Positions 24,725-35,748 of a DNA stretch of 64,000 nt are shown here, piece after piece. Source of the stretch: a virus (lineage: Duplodnaviria; Caudoviricetes); the IMG/VR virus record IMGVR_UViG_3300031867_000001, positions 32,001 to 96,000 of that record. One strand, given 5' to 3'. How positions within the stretch are numbered: the stretch's first letter is position 1; each line of letters starts with the position of its first letter. A program made the position numbers and the translations under genes. The notes under the pieces were generated by a model. It saw only the letters and a list, made by a program, of their open reading frames with translations. It was not told the origin of the DNA and did no database searches.

Positions 24725-27700
24725 GTGAAGCAATCAATGAAAGCACCAACAATTGATCAGATTGATGAAAAGATTCGTCAATTCATGAGACGAAATACTC
24801 AAAAGTTAGGAAGTCATAATACATATTATATCTATTCAGAGAATATGGATGGAGATGTCACAGGAGAAGCATACGCCGTTAATGAATTAACAAACGCTGG
24901 GTTGAAATGGTGCGTCTATACAAACTATGTCAACTCGTCAGAAGAACGTTATGGTTCTCCCGGAACAATCAACAGCTTCAGAACGACAAGTGGTGGTTCA
25001 ATAACGGATGCAGGTACATTGAGACTTGGTACGGACTGGCCATCTGGATCAGGTACCGGTACACCAAGAGATCCCGCATTCGCTGGAATGTATTCTTCTA
25101 CATTCATCAGTGTTCCCCTTGAATTAAGAAGCTGGGACTATTTTAATGGTCGCAATAATACCAATTACAACGGATATTCAGAATCAGTGGATTTGTATTG
25201 CACATCCACACACGTGTATGGTGTTGTCCGTAAGTTCTATGCAGTAACAGAGTATAACTATTCTGGGGTAACAGCTCCAATGAACATTCAAGAAATCGGA
25301 CTAATGTCGGTATCAAACCAAGGTTCAACACAATTAACATTACATGCCAGAGTTGTTGATTCCAATGGACGACCATCATACATTGTAAAGAATCCAAATG
25401 AAAAATTAACTATTTACGTGTACACATCATATGGTGTTCCAATTTCACTTATGAAGAATGGATATGATGCGGGTTGGAATGGATCAACATGGAAGTTACA
25501 AAATGCAACATTTGCATTTGTGAATCCACAAACGTTCAAAGCATTCTATAACAATTACTTACCGTGTTATTATTGTAATAATCATGGAATCGTCGGTGGT
25601 ATGGAACAGCATGGATCAACATATACAAGTTCGTATTTTTTACACATGTTAGAAGCAAACGATCGTAGCTCAATGTGGTATATGTATTATAACAATTCAT
25701 TCATGCCAGATGATTATCAAGTAAATCATGTTTCCGATTCACCGAGAATCTTATTGGAAGATAAACATCAATACATTGATGCTTATCGTGGTAACATTGG
25801 AATGACTGATGCCGTGTATAGCGATTCATCAGGTGATCGATATGGAGAATTGTGTATTACGAAATATTTTGAAACTGATACAACTGATACATTGGTTACG
25901 AACTTGGGATGTGCGCGGTATACATCTAATACGTCATACTACAATGCTGGATACTATTGGGGAGATTTGAATCTGTGTCGTTTATTTGGTGAAGAATACA
26001 GACCACAATATGCACGTGGAATATTACCAACTTCATATTGCAGCATTAAGAAAATCCAGATGTATAATATCAAAACACATGCATTTGATATTAATGAACA
26101 ATTTTCTTCACATGATGATTTTTATTATCGCGACTATTACAGTTCTAACAATAGACACTATGGACGTGCTTCGATGAAATTTCCAAATGGAACATTTGTG
26201 TCCCGTGCATTGGTATATACAAATCCAAACCCACAATATGCAATCACATCATTCAGCGGTACATATACCGCAATATATGCAACCGATTCATGGTGGGACG
26301 TTTCTACATGGGAGATTATTCCAGAATACACGAATGTACCAGCTGCATTATCCAAGAAGCGATACTATATTACCGATAGCACATACATGTACCCATATTG
26401 GGACAATGCCGAACCGAAGATCATTCCAATGACTCAAAAGAAACAATTAAACTTCACAACAACGATTTATGCATCAAGCGATACATATAAGTTGAGACCA
26501 ATACTCGTGAATGAATCGGAAAGATATATCGTGACATTCTATGAGGCAATATTCATGGATGAAAACATGGATAAAACGTCTTCTTATATCTTATCCGGGT
26601 ATGATGATGCAGCAATCCCACAAGGAACTTCATCCGAAGATAATGGACCAATGTCGATATATCGCAGAATGTTTTATGAAAATAAATTCTGCATGTTCAT
26701 TAATGAAAGACTCAATTATTCAAAAATTGGAAATGCGTCTAAATGCAGAATTTATGATTTCACAAATAGAACATCTCCAACTCATGTGGATTTAATCATC
26801 GACACAAATCCGAATAAGACGGACGAATACATCTTCATCGATTGGGATATGATGAACCAAAGTAGATGGATTGTCGTGTGTGATAATGTTGAAAATGCAA
26901 GTGGTAAGATCTGTACACAAGTCATTGATTTGTCACAGACATTAAATTCAATCACACCAATTGAAATTGAAGATGCTGCAAATCCATACTTAATCAGAAA
27001 TTCCAATTACATCATTTACAAAGATGCAACGGTAACAACCGCAAATCCAACATTCCACGTTTATAATTTGATATCAAATGCGATTGTGAAAACGATTCAA
27101 TTCCCAGCTGGATATGACGGAACATATGTTGGATGTTTTGCATATTCTACAGATGGTACATTGCCCAATACACACATTTATCTTACATTGAAAAATACAT
27201 CTTCCAATGTTTCTATAAAATACTACGTGAATGGTGATTCGATTATTCCAACACCAACAACACTTACACCAAATACAAACACCTTTACAATACCAACATC
27301 TGATAATGTGGTTAATGGAATTGGATATGTAAATGCGAATCAATCATTTGGTTGCAAAGATTGTGGAATGTATGTTGTTGGCTTGAACAATTCAACATAT
27401 TCTACAACGGATTCGACTCTTGGAACATCTTTAATTATATATGATCCGAATGATCCGTTGAACGAATATATTGTTGGCGGATATGCATGCACACACATAC
27501 CAAGCTTACGATACATCAATGATGGAAAACAATTGATATATACTAAATCGACTATATATAACAGCAATAATTCAAATATGGGTAAATGTTGTGTATTGGA
27601 TATTGGACATTTGATGGCAACTCATGAACACAATATTGTTTATCAAGAAACGACATCAAGTAAGTATTATCGAACAAGTGATTGTGTTCCGTATACAAGT

Positions 27701-27925
27701 ACTCGGTGTTGGCAAATTCCATACGGTAAAGGATTGATCGAGCTTCTTAAGACGGATACGAATGTGTATAATTTTTATTATACACCAATCGAATATGCGA
27801 TCCCACATCGTATCGAAGTTCAAACAAAACAAGTCCAAGCATATAACAATCCAATTGCGATATCTGGAATTCAAATGAAAACGGCATTCACAAATTTGGC
27901 AGATCGAATAACTCCAGTTGAATAA
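24725..27925 (+). CDS. Large Tyr/Asn-rich protein, paralogue B1 (possible receptor-binding/baseplate protein)
   Basis: Shares HNxYxI, EIG, YATDxWWDVSTWE and C-terminal NNP motifs with 28586-31660. Confidence 0.7.
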   Translation: MKQSMKAPTIDQIDEKIRQFMRRNTQKLGSHNTYYIYSENMDGDVTGEAYAVNELTNAGLKWCVYTNYVNSSEERYGSPGTINSFRTTSGGSITDAGTLRLGTDWPSGSGTGTPRDPAFAGMYSSTFISVPLELRSWDYFNGRNNTNYNGYSESVDLYCTSTHVYGVVRKFYAVTEYNYSGVTAPMNIQEIGLMSVSNQGSTQLTLHARVVDSNGRPSYIVKNPNEKLTIYVYTSYGVPISLMKNGYDAGWNGSTWKLQNATFAFVNPQTFKAFYNNYLPCYYCNNHGIVGGMEQHGSTYTSSYFLHMLEANDRSSMWYMYYNNSFMPDDYQVNHVSDSPRILLEDKHQYIDAYRGNIGMTDAVYSDSSGDRYGELCITKYFETDTTDTLVTNLGCARYTSNTSYYNAGYYWGDLNLCRLFGEEYRPQYARGILPTSYCSIKKIQMYNIKTHAFDINEQFSSHDDFYYRDYYSSNNRHYGRASMKFPNGTFVSRALVYTNPNPQYAITSFSGTYTAIYATDSWWDVSTWEIIPEYTNVPAALSKKRYYITDSTYMYPYWDNAEPKIIPMTQKKQLNFTTTIYASSDTYKLRPILVNESERYIVTFYEAIFMDENMDKTSSYILSGYDDAAIPQGTSSEDNGPMSIYRRMFYENKFCMFINERLNYSKIGNASKCRIYDFTNRTSPTHVDLIIDTNPNKTDEYIFIDWDMMNQSRWIVVCDNVENASGKICTQVIDLSQTLNSITPIEIEDAANPYLIRNSNYIIYKDATVTTANPTFHVYNLISNAIVKTIQFPAGYDGTYVGCFAYSTDGTLPNTHIYLTLKNTSSNVSIKYYVNGDSIIPTPTTLTPNTNTFTIPTSDNVVNGIGYVNANQSFGCKDCGMYVVGLNNSTYSTTDSTLGTSLIIYDPNDPLNEYIVGGYACTHIPSLRYINDGKQLIYTKSTIYNSNNSNMGKCCVLDIGHLMATHEHNIVYQETTSSKYYRTSDCVPYTSTRCWQIPYGKGLIELLKTDTNVYNFYYTPIEYAIPHRIEVQTKQVQAYNNPIAISGIQMKTAFTNLADRITPVE

Positions 27926-28016
27926 GTTATCATGGGGGCATGAGCCCCCATGTGAATATTTTATATCGGTTCACGTAAAATTAATGTTGATTTCACAAGT
28001 GAGGTGATACATTACA

Positions 28017-28556
28017 ATGGCAAATATTTCCAAAGCCAAAGAAATATACAAATCAACACCCGGTAAGATTAATCCAAACAGACCACTTATTTCTGTGCAC
28101 GGTTTGTATGTTGCCGGATTATACCGTCCTCCATATTGGATTGACTCTGTACTGAATATTGTCAAGTTGTCAACAACATCCGCAGCAGATGTTGTATATT
28201 ATACTGAAACGTCTGATACTTCATATCCCGAGAAGAATGGTGTTATACAATTGACAAACATCGATATTGGTGATGCTGACATCATACAATACGGAGAAGA
28301 TTTCGATTCATCATATGAAAAAGATGGTATTGTGCAATTGACCGATATTAGTATTGGTGAACTTGATATCATATCATACGGCAATGATGAGAGTGATGTA
28401 TATACTGAAAAGAATGGTGTTATACAATTAACAGCGGTTAGTCTTGACGAGTATGATTTATATTTAATATCACAAAGATTAAATACTCAACCACCGGGTT
28501 TACCACAATTAAACATTAAACAAATCGGAGTCACAACAACTGCGGTTGTTTCATAA
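28017..28556 (+). CDS. Hypothetical virion-associated protein, paralogue A2
   Basis: MANISKAKEIYKSTPGKINPN..., three EKxGxxQLT repeats. Confidence 0.75.
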   Translation: MANISKAKEIYKSTPGKINPNRPLISVHGLYVAGLYRPPYWIDSVLNIVKLSTTSAADVVYYTETSDTSYPEKNGVIQLTNIDIGDADIIQYGEDFDSSYEKDGIVQLTDISIGELDIISYGNDESDVYTEKNGVIQLTAVSLDEYDLYLISQRLNTQPPGLPQLNIKQIGVTTTAVVS

Positions 28557-28585
28557 ATAAAAAGAAAGTTAGGTGAAATAATATA

Positions 28586-31500
28586 ATGGACAATATTGCA
28601 AGGATGGATCATATAGATCCAAACATAAATCAATTTATCAATAACATTATCAACCAAACAAAAATGGTTGAATTAACATTACATAATATTTATGAGATAA
28701 AATTAATTGATAAAGACACAAATGATGTTGACACATATTATGGTGTGAATTTAATGACAAATTGGTTTTTCAAAAACCGATACATGGGCGATGCGGATAC
28801 TGCATCAAGAAACTGTTATATTATGATTGGAGATGGTATTGATGCATCACATCAGCCAAGTGTTGATAATCGTGCCATGTATCATATCATAACAAACACA
28901 TACAAATCGAATGATACGTCACAATCTGTCCAACCAGTTGAATATAATAGTACTGATAGAATGATTCTCCAAACAATAAAAGTTTGTAAAACAAAATATG
29001 ATTATAATATAAACGGATATGATTCAGATGTCACGATTAATGAAATTGGTTATGGCAATTCACCAACCATTCTGTATTCTCATTCAAAAGTATATGATAT
29101 AAATGGTACTGAAAAAACAATCATCAAACGACCGAATCAATCATTAGAAATAACATTGTATTGGAAAATTAGCATACCTGAATCCGTATTTACTTCTTTG
29201 GAGACGAATGGTATTTACGGTGCATTCTCACCATATATATTATTACGCGACATTTCAAATAGCATTGGCAACAAACCGCGCATATATCCATATTTACGTA
29301 ATTCTGCAAGAAATTTATGTGGGTCGACAAATTATTCGGATAGTGCTTCATATCGAAAAACATGGTATAGTGATTTTGGATCGACGAGTTATGGTGGCAC
29401 CATTGTTCAAAATGATGATGGATCACGAACATGGAATTCATCATCAGAATCATATGTTCTTGAAACAGATAAATTTGATTCATTCACATCAGTATTATAC
29501 AGAAATAGTTGTCCCGGTTACATTACAAACATCAAATGTGCCGCTTTTTACAGTGGTATATGTTTATTTAGATATTTTAAGTTACCAGCGCCAGAGACTA
29601 TTGAAACGATTGTAAAGACGACGATGTTTTATAATTGTAACTTTTATAATATTATGGGAGTAAATTATCAATATCGAACGAATAATCGTGATTATAATGA
29701 AGATCGATCTGCACAACGGTATTTGCGAGGATATTTGCCAGTTGTTGATATGGACATACAATCAGTTTATCGCTACAATTTTTCAACATCCGCATTTGAT
29801 GTTGAAGAGTCATTTAACAATCCAAAACAAAATGATTACGATTTGACTGGGTTTCATTGTGCATGTTATCAATGGATGAAATGGCCTGACAATAAATCAC
29901 GTGATTCATATGTTTGTACGAATCAAAATACAACAACCCGATTAATTACTTCATTTGATGGAACCGGGGCAACGTGTTATGCGACTGATAAATGGTGGGA
30001 TGTGTCAACATGGGAATTGGTTTCTAATACAGAAGCAGTTGAACAATCATTACAACGTAAAAAGTATTATATATTCAATAAAGCCATCAATCTTGCTAAT
30101 AGCACGTCAACTTTGTCATTGTCAACATCAAATGCATGGATTCCAAATCCACAAACCCAGTATACTAATGGTGTTCATAAAATAAATGAACAATTCGAAA
30201 GACATGTTGATGAAACAAATGCACTTCTGTATGCTAATAACAACAGCATCCGATATATCACACATGCAAATGAAGATTACAACTTCTATGTTCAAAATAA
30301 TATTGTTTTCCGAAGACCGGAAACACAATTCTCAATATGTCCAGCACAATATATTTTTAATAATGTCAATAGCATATTTAGCAATGTAATTCCAGACGTA
30401 CGTTGGGTATTCCTTGGTAATCAATTAATTACAACAACCGGTAAATTGATATATCTGGTGGAATCATATGTTACAAACACACAACCGGGCTATACGAGAG
30501 AAGCATATGGTATAAGATTTTGTATTACAAATTTAGCATTACAAGATGATGCGATCAATAATTCAACAAAAGCCGTTTCTATAAATGATAAATTTACACA
30601 TACACTTGCGAACATCAACAACTATGTGTGTGTAACACATGGTAAATATTTGCTTTGTGACGGATATAATGAACTTATAATCTACAATACAGACACAGAT
30701 GATTATTGGTTATATCCATATAAAATAAACAAAGTTCGCGAGATTCATGGTACAAGTAAAATTATACTGAATCCTTCTTCTGATAATAACCGATGGACAA
30801 TTTATGATTGTGATACAAAACAGATCACACATCAATTTGATGTTCCGTCAGATTATGCACCAACAAAATTTCTTGCATTTGAAGATTGGATTTATATTTA
30901 TGCGACATATGGCTCCACACACGCAATGTTATTGTATACAATATCAACACAAGAACTGAAGCAGATAGAATATCCATCAATACTTGATTCATATGGTTTT
31001 TATGGTTTTACGCAATACTATAATGATTCTACGTATTCCGCAAACGGTGTTTCGAGCACAAACACGGATTACTTCATATCCGACGCGAGCAAATACAACT
31101 CATGTGGTGTGCAATATAAAGATGGAATTTTGTGTATTGTATCTCCTGACTATTACAATTCATTTATCATTATTTCGAGATATAATCCAGAACACATTAT
31201 CAATCAAAGCACATTCTTATCTGAATCAGACTATTCTGGTGTCAGTAGTGCATTAATTCAATTATGTAAAATATATGAAAATTATTATGTCGGATTCACT
31301 GTTGCTTCATACAGCTCTGGTTATTATAGATCAACAAAGTTCTATGACATTGGTAGAATCATCCGTAATGATAATGCGGTTACTTCATCAAATGAATCGG
31401 AGTATCAAGTTGATTATTTATGTTTTAACCGTGATGGTATGAATCCATGGTATTTCAATGTGATGACTGCATATAAGAATAAGATTTATGCATATGGCAA

Positions 31501-31660
31501 TTACTTCAGTGGATGTAATGTTGAAGTTCTTCCACCAGAAGGAATCATAACGCATAAAATCAATTTCAAAACATATACAATCACTCGGTGGAATAATCCA
31601 AAAAAGATAACATTGCCAAAGCTCAGTCTCACTTTAACCAATATCATCAATCACAATTAA
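28586..31660 (+). CDS. Large Tyr/Asn-rich protein, paralogue B2
   Basis: Paralogous to 24725-27925. Confidence 0.7.
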   Translation: MDNIARMDHIDPNINQFINNIINQTKMVELTLHNIYEIKLIDKDTNDVDTYYGVNLMTNWFFKNRYMGDADTASRNCYIMIGDGIDASHQPSVDNRAMYHIITNTYKSNDTSQSVQPVEYNSTDRMILQTIKVCKTKYDYNINGYDSDVTINEIGYGNSPTILYSHSKVYDINGTEKTIIKRPNQSLEITLYWKISIPESVFTSLETNGIYGAFSPYILLRDISNSIGNKPRIYPYLRNSARNLCGSTNYSDSASYRKTWYSDFGSTSYGGTIVQNDDGSRTWNSSSESYVLETDKFDSFTSVLYRNSCPGYITNIKCAAFYSGICLFRYFKLPAPETIETIVKTTMFYNCNFYNIMGVNYQYRTNNRDYNEDRSAQRYLRGYLPVVDMDIQSVYRYNFSTSAFDVEESFNNPKQNDYDLTGFHCACYQWMKWPDNKSRDSYVCTNQNTTTRLITSFDGTGATCYATDKWWDVSTWELVSNTEAVEQSLQRKKYYIFNKAINLANSTSTLSLSTSNAWIPNPQTQYTNGVHKINEQFERHVDETNALLYANNNSIRYITHANEDYNFYVQNNIVFRRPETQFSICPAQYIFNNVNSIFSNVIPDVRWVFLGNQLITTTGKLIYLVESYVTNTQPGYTREAYGIRFCITNLALQDDAINNSTKAVSINDKFTHTLANINNYVCVTHGKYLLCDGYNELIIYNTDTDDYWLYPYKINKVREIHGTSKIILNPSSDNNRWTIYDCDTKQITHQFDVPSDYAPTKFLAFEDWIYIYATYGSTHAMLLYTISTQELKQIEYPSILDSYGFYGFTQYYNDSTYSANGVSSTNTDYFISDASKYNSCGVQYKDGILCIVSPDYYNSFIIISRYNPEHIINQSTFLSESDYSGVSSALIQLCKIYENYYVGFTVASYSSGYYRSTKFYDIGRIIRNDNAVTSSNESEYQVDYLCFNRDGMNPWYFNVMTAYKNKIYAYGNYFSGCNVEVLPPEGIITHKINFKTYTITRWNNPKKITLPKLSLTLTNIINHN

Positions 31661-31668
31661 ACTCTGTA

Positions 31669-31694
31669 ATCATGGGGGCATATGCCCCCATGAT
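31669..31694. terminator. GGGGGC-N-GCCCCC family hairpin
   Basis: ATCATGGGGGCATATGCCCCCATGAT; the same core recurs near 45395 and related hairpins near 16507, 24080, 27931, 34609, 56826, 63414. Confidence 0.75.
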
Positions 31695-31702
31695 TTATTC
31701 AT

Positions 31703-31738
31703 TATATTGAAATTTGAAATATATATAATTAATATGAA
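31703..31738 (+). promoter_or_regulatory. Candidate promoter (identical to 14714-14749)
   Basis: Contains TATATAATTAATATG at 31722-31736. Confidence 0.6.
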
Positions 31739-31816
31739 GAATTAAGGAGTTATACCTCTCCGATCAATGAAAAGGTGATGTCTGCCCCGGACGATAAATG
31801 GGGAGAAAGGTACACT

Positions 31817-32848
31817 ATGAACACAAGAATGATTATTGAGAATAACCTGAAGAAAGTTTTGACGCCTCTCCAGCAGATCGCTTTCGACAACATTGATCTG
31901 CCAAATTCAAAACTGGCTAAGAAGCTTAACCGAACACCACAAAATACGAACTCCATCTCTAAAGCTTTAAAGGCGAAGCTTGAGAAACTCGAGTATACGG
32001 AAGAGTTCATCGATGATGCATGTATGCATCCGGATAAGTATCTGATCTCTTCAGAGGAATTAAGTGAAGAGATTGTGAAAAAGCTTGTCAGTGAGTACGG
32101 CAGAATCACAGTAACCACTGAAGAAATCAACAACGATCGCACCAGACTTTGCGAGGATCCTGTATGGAATAGCTTCCTCGAAACCTCGTCCACGAAAATG
32201 TGGAAAACCTACCCATTCAATTTAATCGCATTGATATTCGGTTTCACAAAGGAAGAGATGACAAACAGCGGATACATTAACGTTGACAGCACAGTTCAGA
32301 AGGAACTCGCTATCATGTGGGTTAATGGAGTCATCAAAACATGTCAAATTGCTGAAAAGCGATTCGATATCGTAGAAATGCGTTATCAGCAGCACTTGTC
32401 GTTGGTTGATATTGGTAATAAATACCATATTACCACGAATAGAGTCAGACAACTTCTGGCTAAATTCCTCCGGCAGATGAGACATCCCACAAGATCCAGA
32501 AAGCTTCGCGTTATAACCGAGGCATTGTTTAATACCAATGGTGAGGTTAACTTTTCAGATATAATCACGAAGTATGAACGTAAAATGACGGAGAAGGAAA
32601 TTGCACGCGATCTTGCTGCAAAGAACGGCAATGTGTCGCTTGATGACATCACGATCGAAGAACTGAATTTCTCGGTTCGGACATTTAATTGTTTGAAGCG
32701 TGCTGGTATCAATAATGTGGAAGAACTTGTTGATGCCATAACGAAGAAAACTGAAACAGGGTTTTTGTGCGATATTAGGAATCTCGGCAAGAAGTCCTAT
32801 GGCGATATTTGTGACAAACTCACATCGATGGGGTTCTTAAAGGAATAA
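31817..32848 (+). CDS. Sigma-70 region 4 + RNA polymerase alpha-CTD fusion protein
   Basis: SLVDIG..YHITTNRVRQLLAKFLRQMRHPTRSRKLR (sigmaA region 4-like) and IEELNFSVRTFNCLKRAGINNVEEL...IRNLGKKS (alpha-CTD). Confidence 0.85.
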   Translation: MNTRMIIENNLKKVLTPLQQIAFDNIDLPNSKLAKKLNRTPQNTNSISKALKAKLEKLEYTEEFIDDACMHPDKYLISSEELSEEIVKKLVSEYGRITVTTEEINNDRTRLCEDPVWNSFLETSSTKMWKTYPFNLIALIFGFTKEEMTNSGYINVDSTVQKELAIMWVNGVIKTCQIAEKRFDIVEMRYQQHLSLVDIGNKYHITTNRVRQLLAKFLRQMRHPTRSRKLRVITEALFNTNGEVNFSDIITKYERKMTEKEIARDLAAKNGNVSLDDITIEELNFSVRTFNCLKRAGINNVEELVDAITKKTETGFLCDIRNLGKKSYGDICDKLTSMGFLKE

Positions 32849-32905
32849 ATTACAAGTGCTTGGGTGGTGCCATGTGGCACCACTCGAGTAATAGGAGGTA
32901 TTTAA

Positions 32906-34603
32906 ATGAGAAAGAACACTTACAAATTTGATCGTGAGACTTATATGTCTTCGAAGAGTTACAAGATCTCTGATAAAATCTTGAAGATCCCTCAGTGGAT
33001 TCTCATGACAGTTGCAATTGCACTGTCAATTGTGTATGGACTGATGATCACTAAATGCTCGGAAGTAATCAAGTCCGTCACTGAGGGTAATACCGATCTC
33101 ATCAATGTGTTGGCAGTCTATGTCGTTGTTAACATCGGTATGGCGGTTCTTTCATTCTTCTCCAATAACGCGTTAAAAGCATGGAGATTGAATGAAATCA
33201 ACAAGCAATTCCTTCGTAAGTATGATAAGATTTTCGATTCAAGAACGCAGGACATCACCGCTGTTGGTCCTGCGAAGATTGAGTCGACAGTCAATCAGAT
33301 TGCCGGATACAAGAGTGACATCAAGTCGCAGGTATCCGGTATCATTGAGGTGATTGTTCCATTCGGAGTGACCATGTGGAAGGTCATGGAACAGAACCTC
33401 ATTGCAGGATTCGCAATGCTGTTATTGATGGGAGGAACACTGTTTCTGTCGATTAATGGCGACAACATTTTTCACTTCAATGAGAAATCATCTCAGATGA
33501 AGGGAGAGATGAAGTCAATATCCGTTAACAACTTCGTCGTTGTTCGTATGCTCAAGTACATGGGTGCAAAAGAGTATGCGAACTACAGACAGAAGCGTTG
33601 TCAGGATGATGCTACGCCAGCTTTCTTGAACGTGTCAAGAAGATTCTATGACACATGCATGGACGTCCTGTACAACTCGCCCATACTCATTGCATTGGGT
33701 GTTGCGGCATTCTCTAATAATCTCGGACTCGCTATCTTTGTCGCTATGAACGAGTGGACAATCCGGTCGATGATCGGATATGTTTCATCGATCACGGAAA
33801 CAAAATCCGAGATTGATGGACTTGAGAAAGTTCTTGAGACCCTCAAGGGAGATGACACTGACATTTCCGAGAAACCTGCAATGCCTAATAAAATGATCCT
33901 CAAGGATGTGGAATTTTACTATGCTTCCGACAAGGATCATCGGATGCCCTTTAGAATTCCATATTTTGAGATTGAGCAGGGCAAACGGTATAGATTCTCA
34001 GGGGCCTCTGGTCTCGGCAAGAGCTCGTACTTTAAGTTCTTCGCCGGTGAAATGGAAGCGAACAAGTCGTTTGATGTTCGCACATTTTACATTCACCAGA
34101 GAAGTGAACTGGTATATGGTACAGTGAGAGAGAATCTGACGCTTGGAAACAAGTGGGTTCCTGATCCTGTACTGGAAGAACTGATCGAAGAGGTCAGACT
34201 TGGTCAGTGGTTTAAGTCTTTGCCGAATGGTTTGGATACTGTTATCGGTAAGGATATTGAACCGTCTGGTGGTGAACAGTCTCGTATCTCGCTGTTAAGA
34301 CTGTTTGTACATCTGAGAAATTATGGACCTACGGGTTCTCACCCAATCACTGATGAAGTGATTATCCTGGATGAAGTAACATCTGCTCTGGACAAGCGTG
34401 ATGTATTCATCAAGGATGGTGAATTATCGACCGAAGAAGCAGTCATCAAGGTTATTGACAAGGAGACTAAGGGTTCGACGATGTTCGTGATTTCGCACGA
34501 AGATGTGTCTTCGAATGCGTTTGGATTCAAGGACATCGTTGATGAGCAGATGGTAATTGACATTGATGAAGACGGAGGCAGAACGTTTCGTAAGATGATG
34601 TAA
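32906..34603 (+). CDS. ABC transporter, fused transmembrane and nucleotide-binding domains (exporter type)
   Basis: N-terminal TM helices; GASGLGKS Walker A, SGGEQ signature, IILDE Walker B, ISH. Confidence 0.88.
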   Translation: MRKNTYKFDRETYMSSKSYKISDKILKIPQWILMTVAIALSIVYGLMITKCSEVIKSVTEGNTDLINVLAVYVVVNIGMAVLSFFSNNALKAWRLNEINKQFLRKYDKIFDSRTQDITAVGPAKIESTVNQIAGYKSDIKSQVSGIIEVIVPFGVTMWKVMEQNLIAGFAMLLLMGGTLFLSINGDNIFHFNEKSSQMKGEMKSISVNNFVVVRMLKYMGAKEYANYRQKRCQDDATPAFLNVSRRFYDTCMDVLYNSPILIALGVAAFSNNLGLAIFVAMNEWTIRSMIGYVSSITETKSEIDGLEKVLETLKGDDTDISEKPAMPNKMILKDVEFYYASDKDHRMPFRIPYFEIEQGKRYRFSGASGLGKSSYFKFFAGEMEANKSFDVRTFYIHQRSELVYGTVRENLTLGNKWVPDPVLEELIEEVRLGQWFKSLPNGLDTVIGKDIEPSGGEQSRISLLRLFVHLRNYGPTGSHPITDEVIILDEVTSALDKRDVFIKDGELSTEEAVIKVIDKETKGSTMFVISHEDVSSNAFGFKDIVDEQMVIDIDEDGGRTFRKMM

Positions 34604-34637
34604 ATGAATGTGGGGGCATTCAGCCCCCACATCTTAT

Positions 34638-34887
34638 TTTGTGTAATTCCATAATCACTGAAAAATCAATGAGGTGAAAATCCCCATAGAAAGGAGTGGT
34701 ATTTTGCCATGAATGAACTTGGTGAAATCTACGTTCCGGATACTTCCGGACAAGAAATTATTTGCGGTTAAACCGTAAATGAATGACATCGCCCGTGTAA
34801 TAACAGTACACGAAGCATACCAAACCTTAGGCAAGTTTGTGACCGAACATAAGCAAACGCATTTCAGTGATTATGAAATTACATAAA
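34638..34887 (+). other. End-paired micropeptide cassette 2
   Basis: TTTGTGTAATTCCATAATCACTGAAA pairs with TTTCAGTGATTATGAAATTACATAAA; hairpin, AAAGGAG RBS and ORF inside. Confidence 0.7.
34709..34771 (+). CDS. Micropeptide MNELGEIYVPDTSGQEIICG
   Basis: RBS AAAGGAG; homologous to the peptides at 35546 and 44855. Confidence 0.65.
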   Translation: MNELGEIYVPDTSGQEIICG

Positions 34888-34971
34888 TAGTCAACAAATT
34901 TATGTATATTATAGACTGGGGCTTGTGTATATGAGCCCCATAAACCTATTTCCAATAAGGAGGAATTTATT

Positions 34972-35430
34972 ATGACACGTAAAGAAATGATTAAGATGAT
35001 CATGAGACATGGTTTCCCATACATCATCGCTGCAGCTTTTACAGAGATGCATATTCGTTATGGATATGCGCTTCCATATGTAGGAAGACCCGAATCAGAA
35101 GAACTTGACGAGGATATGTCCGTACTCGGTCACGTACCGATCGAGCATATTTCGTTCAATGGCAATCATCCAGATTTCGGGGATTGCACTTTCATTTTAC
35201 AGAAGTACAAAAGACGTGAGTATCGCAACAATAAAAGAACATACTACCGCATGTTCATACTCAAGGATGGAGAAGTGTGGGACGAACGTGGTCCTTTTGC
35301 AGAGCGCGAACTCTATTCGGACATTATTCTCGGAACTGATTTAATGGACAGATTCATGCAGTCGGATAATAGTTATAATACCGGACTGAAGATCTCTAAT
35401 CCTGTTGCTGAGATTAAGCATGTTTGTTAA
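34972..35430 (+). CDS. Hypothetical protein
   Basis: RBS AAGGAGG. Confidence 0.7.
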   Translation: MTRKEMIKMIMRHGFPYIIAAAFTEMHIRYGYALPYVGRPESEELDEDMSVLGHVPIEHISFNGNHPDFGDCTFILQKYKRREYRNNKRTYYRMFILKDGEVWDERGPFAERELYSDIILGTDLMDRFMQSDNSYNTGLKISNPVAEIKHVC

Positions 35431-35478
35431 ACACATTATAACGTCCCCCGCATAAGCGGGGGACTCGTATATGTGGTT

Positions 35479-35689
35479 TTATGTATATTGACAAGTGCCA
35501 TGAAATTGACGGAGTGGAATTCTCCGTGTGAAAGGAGATGATAACATGGAGGAAGTTTATATCCCCGATACAGAAGGTTGTATCATCATTTGCGAATAAT
35601 CGTGAATGATTAAAAAAATAAACGGAAGCGGTTGCGGCTTCCGTGTCCGAAACACACAAACGTATCATGGCACTTGTCAATGTATATAA
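35479..35689 (+). other. End-paired micropeptide cassette 3
   Basis: ATTGACAAGTGCCATGA pairs with TCATGGCACTTGTCAAT; ACGGAGTGGAATTCTCCGT hairpin before RBS. Confidence 0.75.
35546..35599 (+). CDS. Micropeptide MEEVYIPDTEGCIIICE
   Basis: RBS AAAGGAG; synonymous differences versus the 44805-44855 copy. Confidence 0.7.
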   Translation: MEEVYIPDTEGCIIICE

Positions 35690-35748
35690 ACGGAAGTGTG
35701 TTATATATCATTGTGTTCATAACACACAATCCGTTTATTTTTTCTCTA

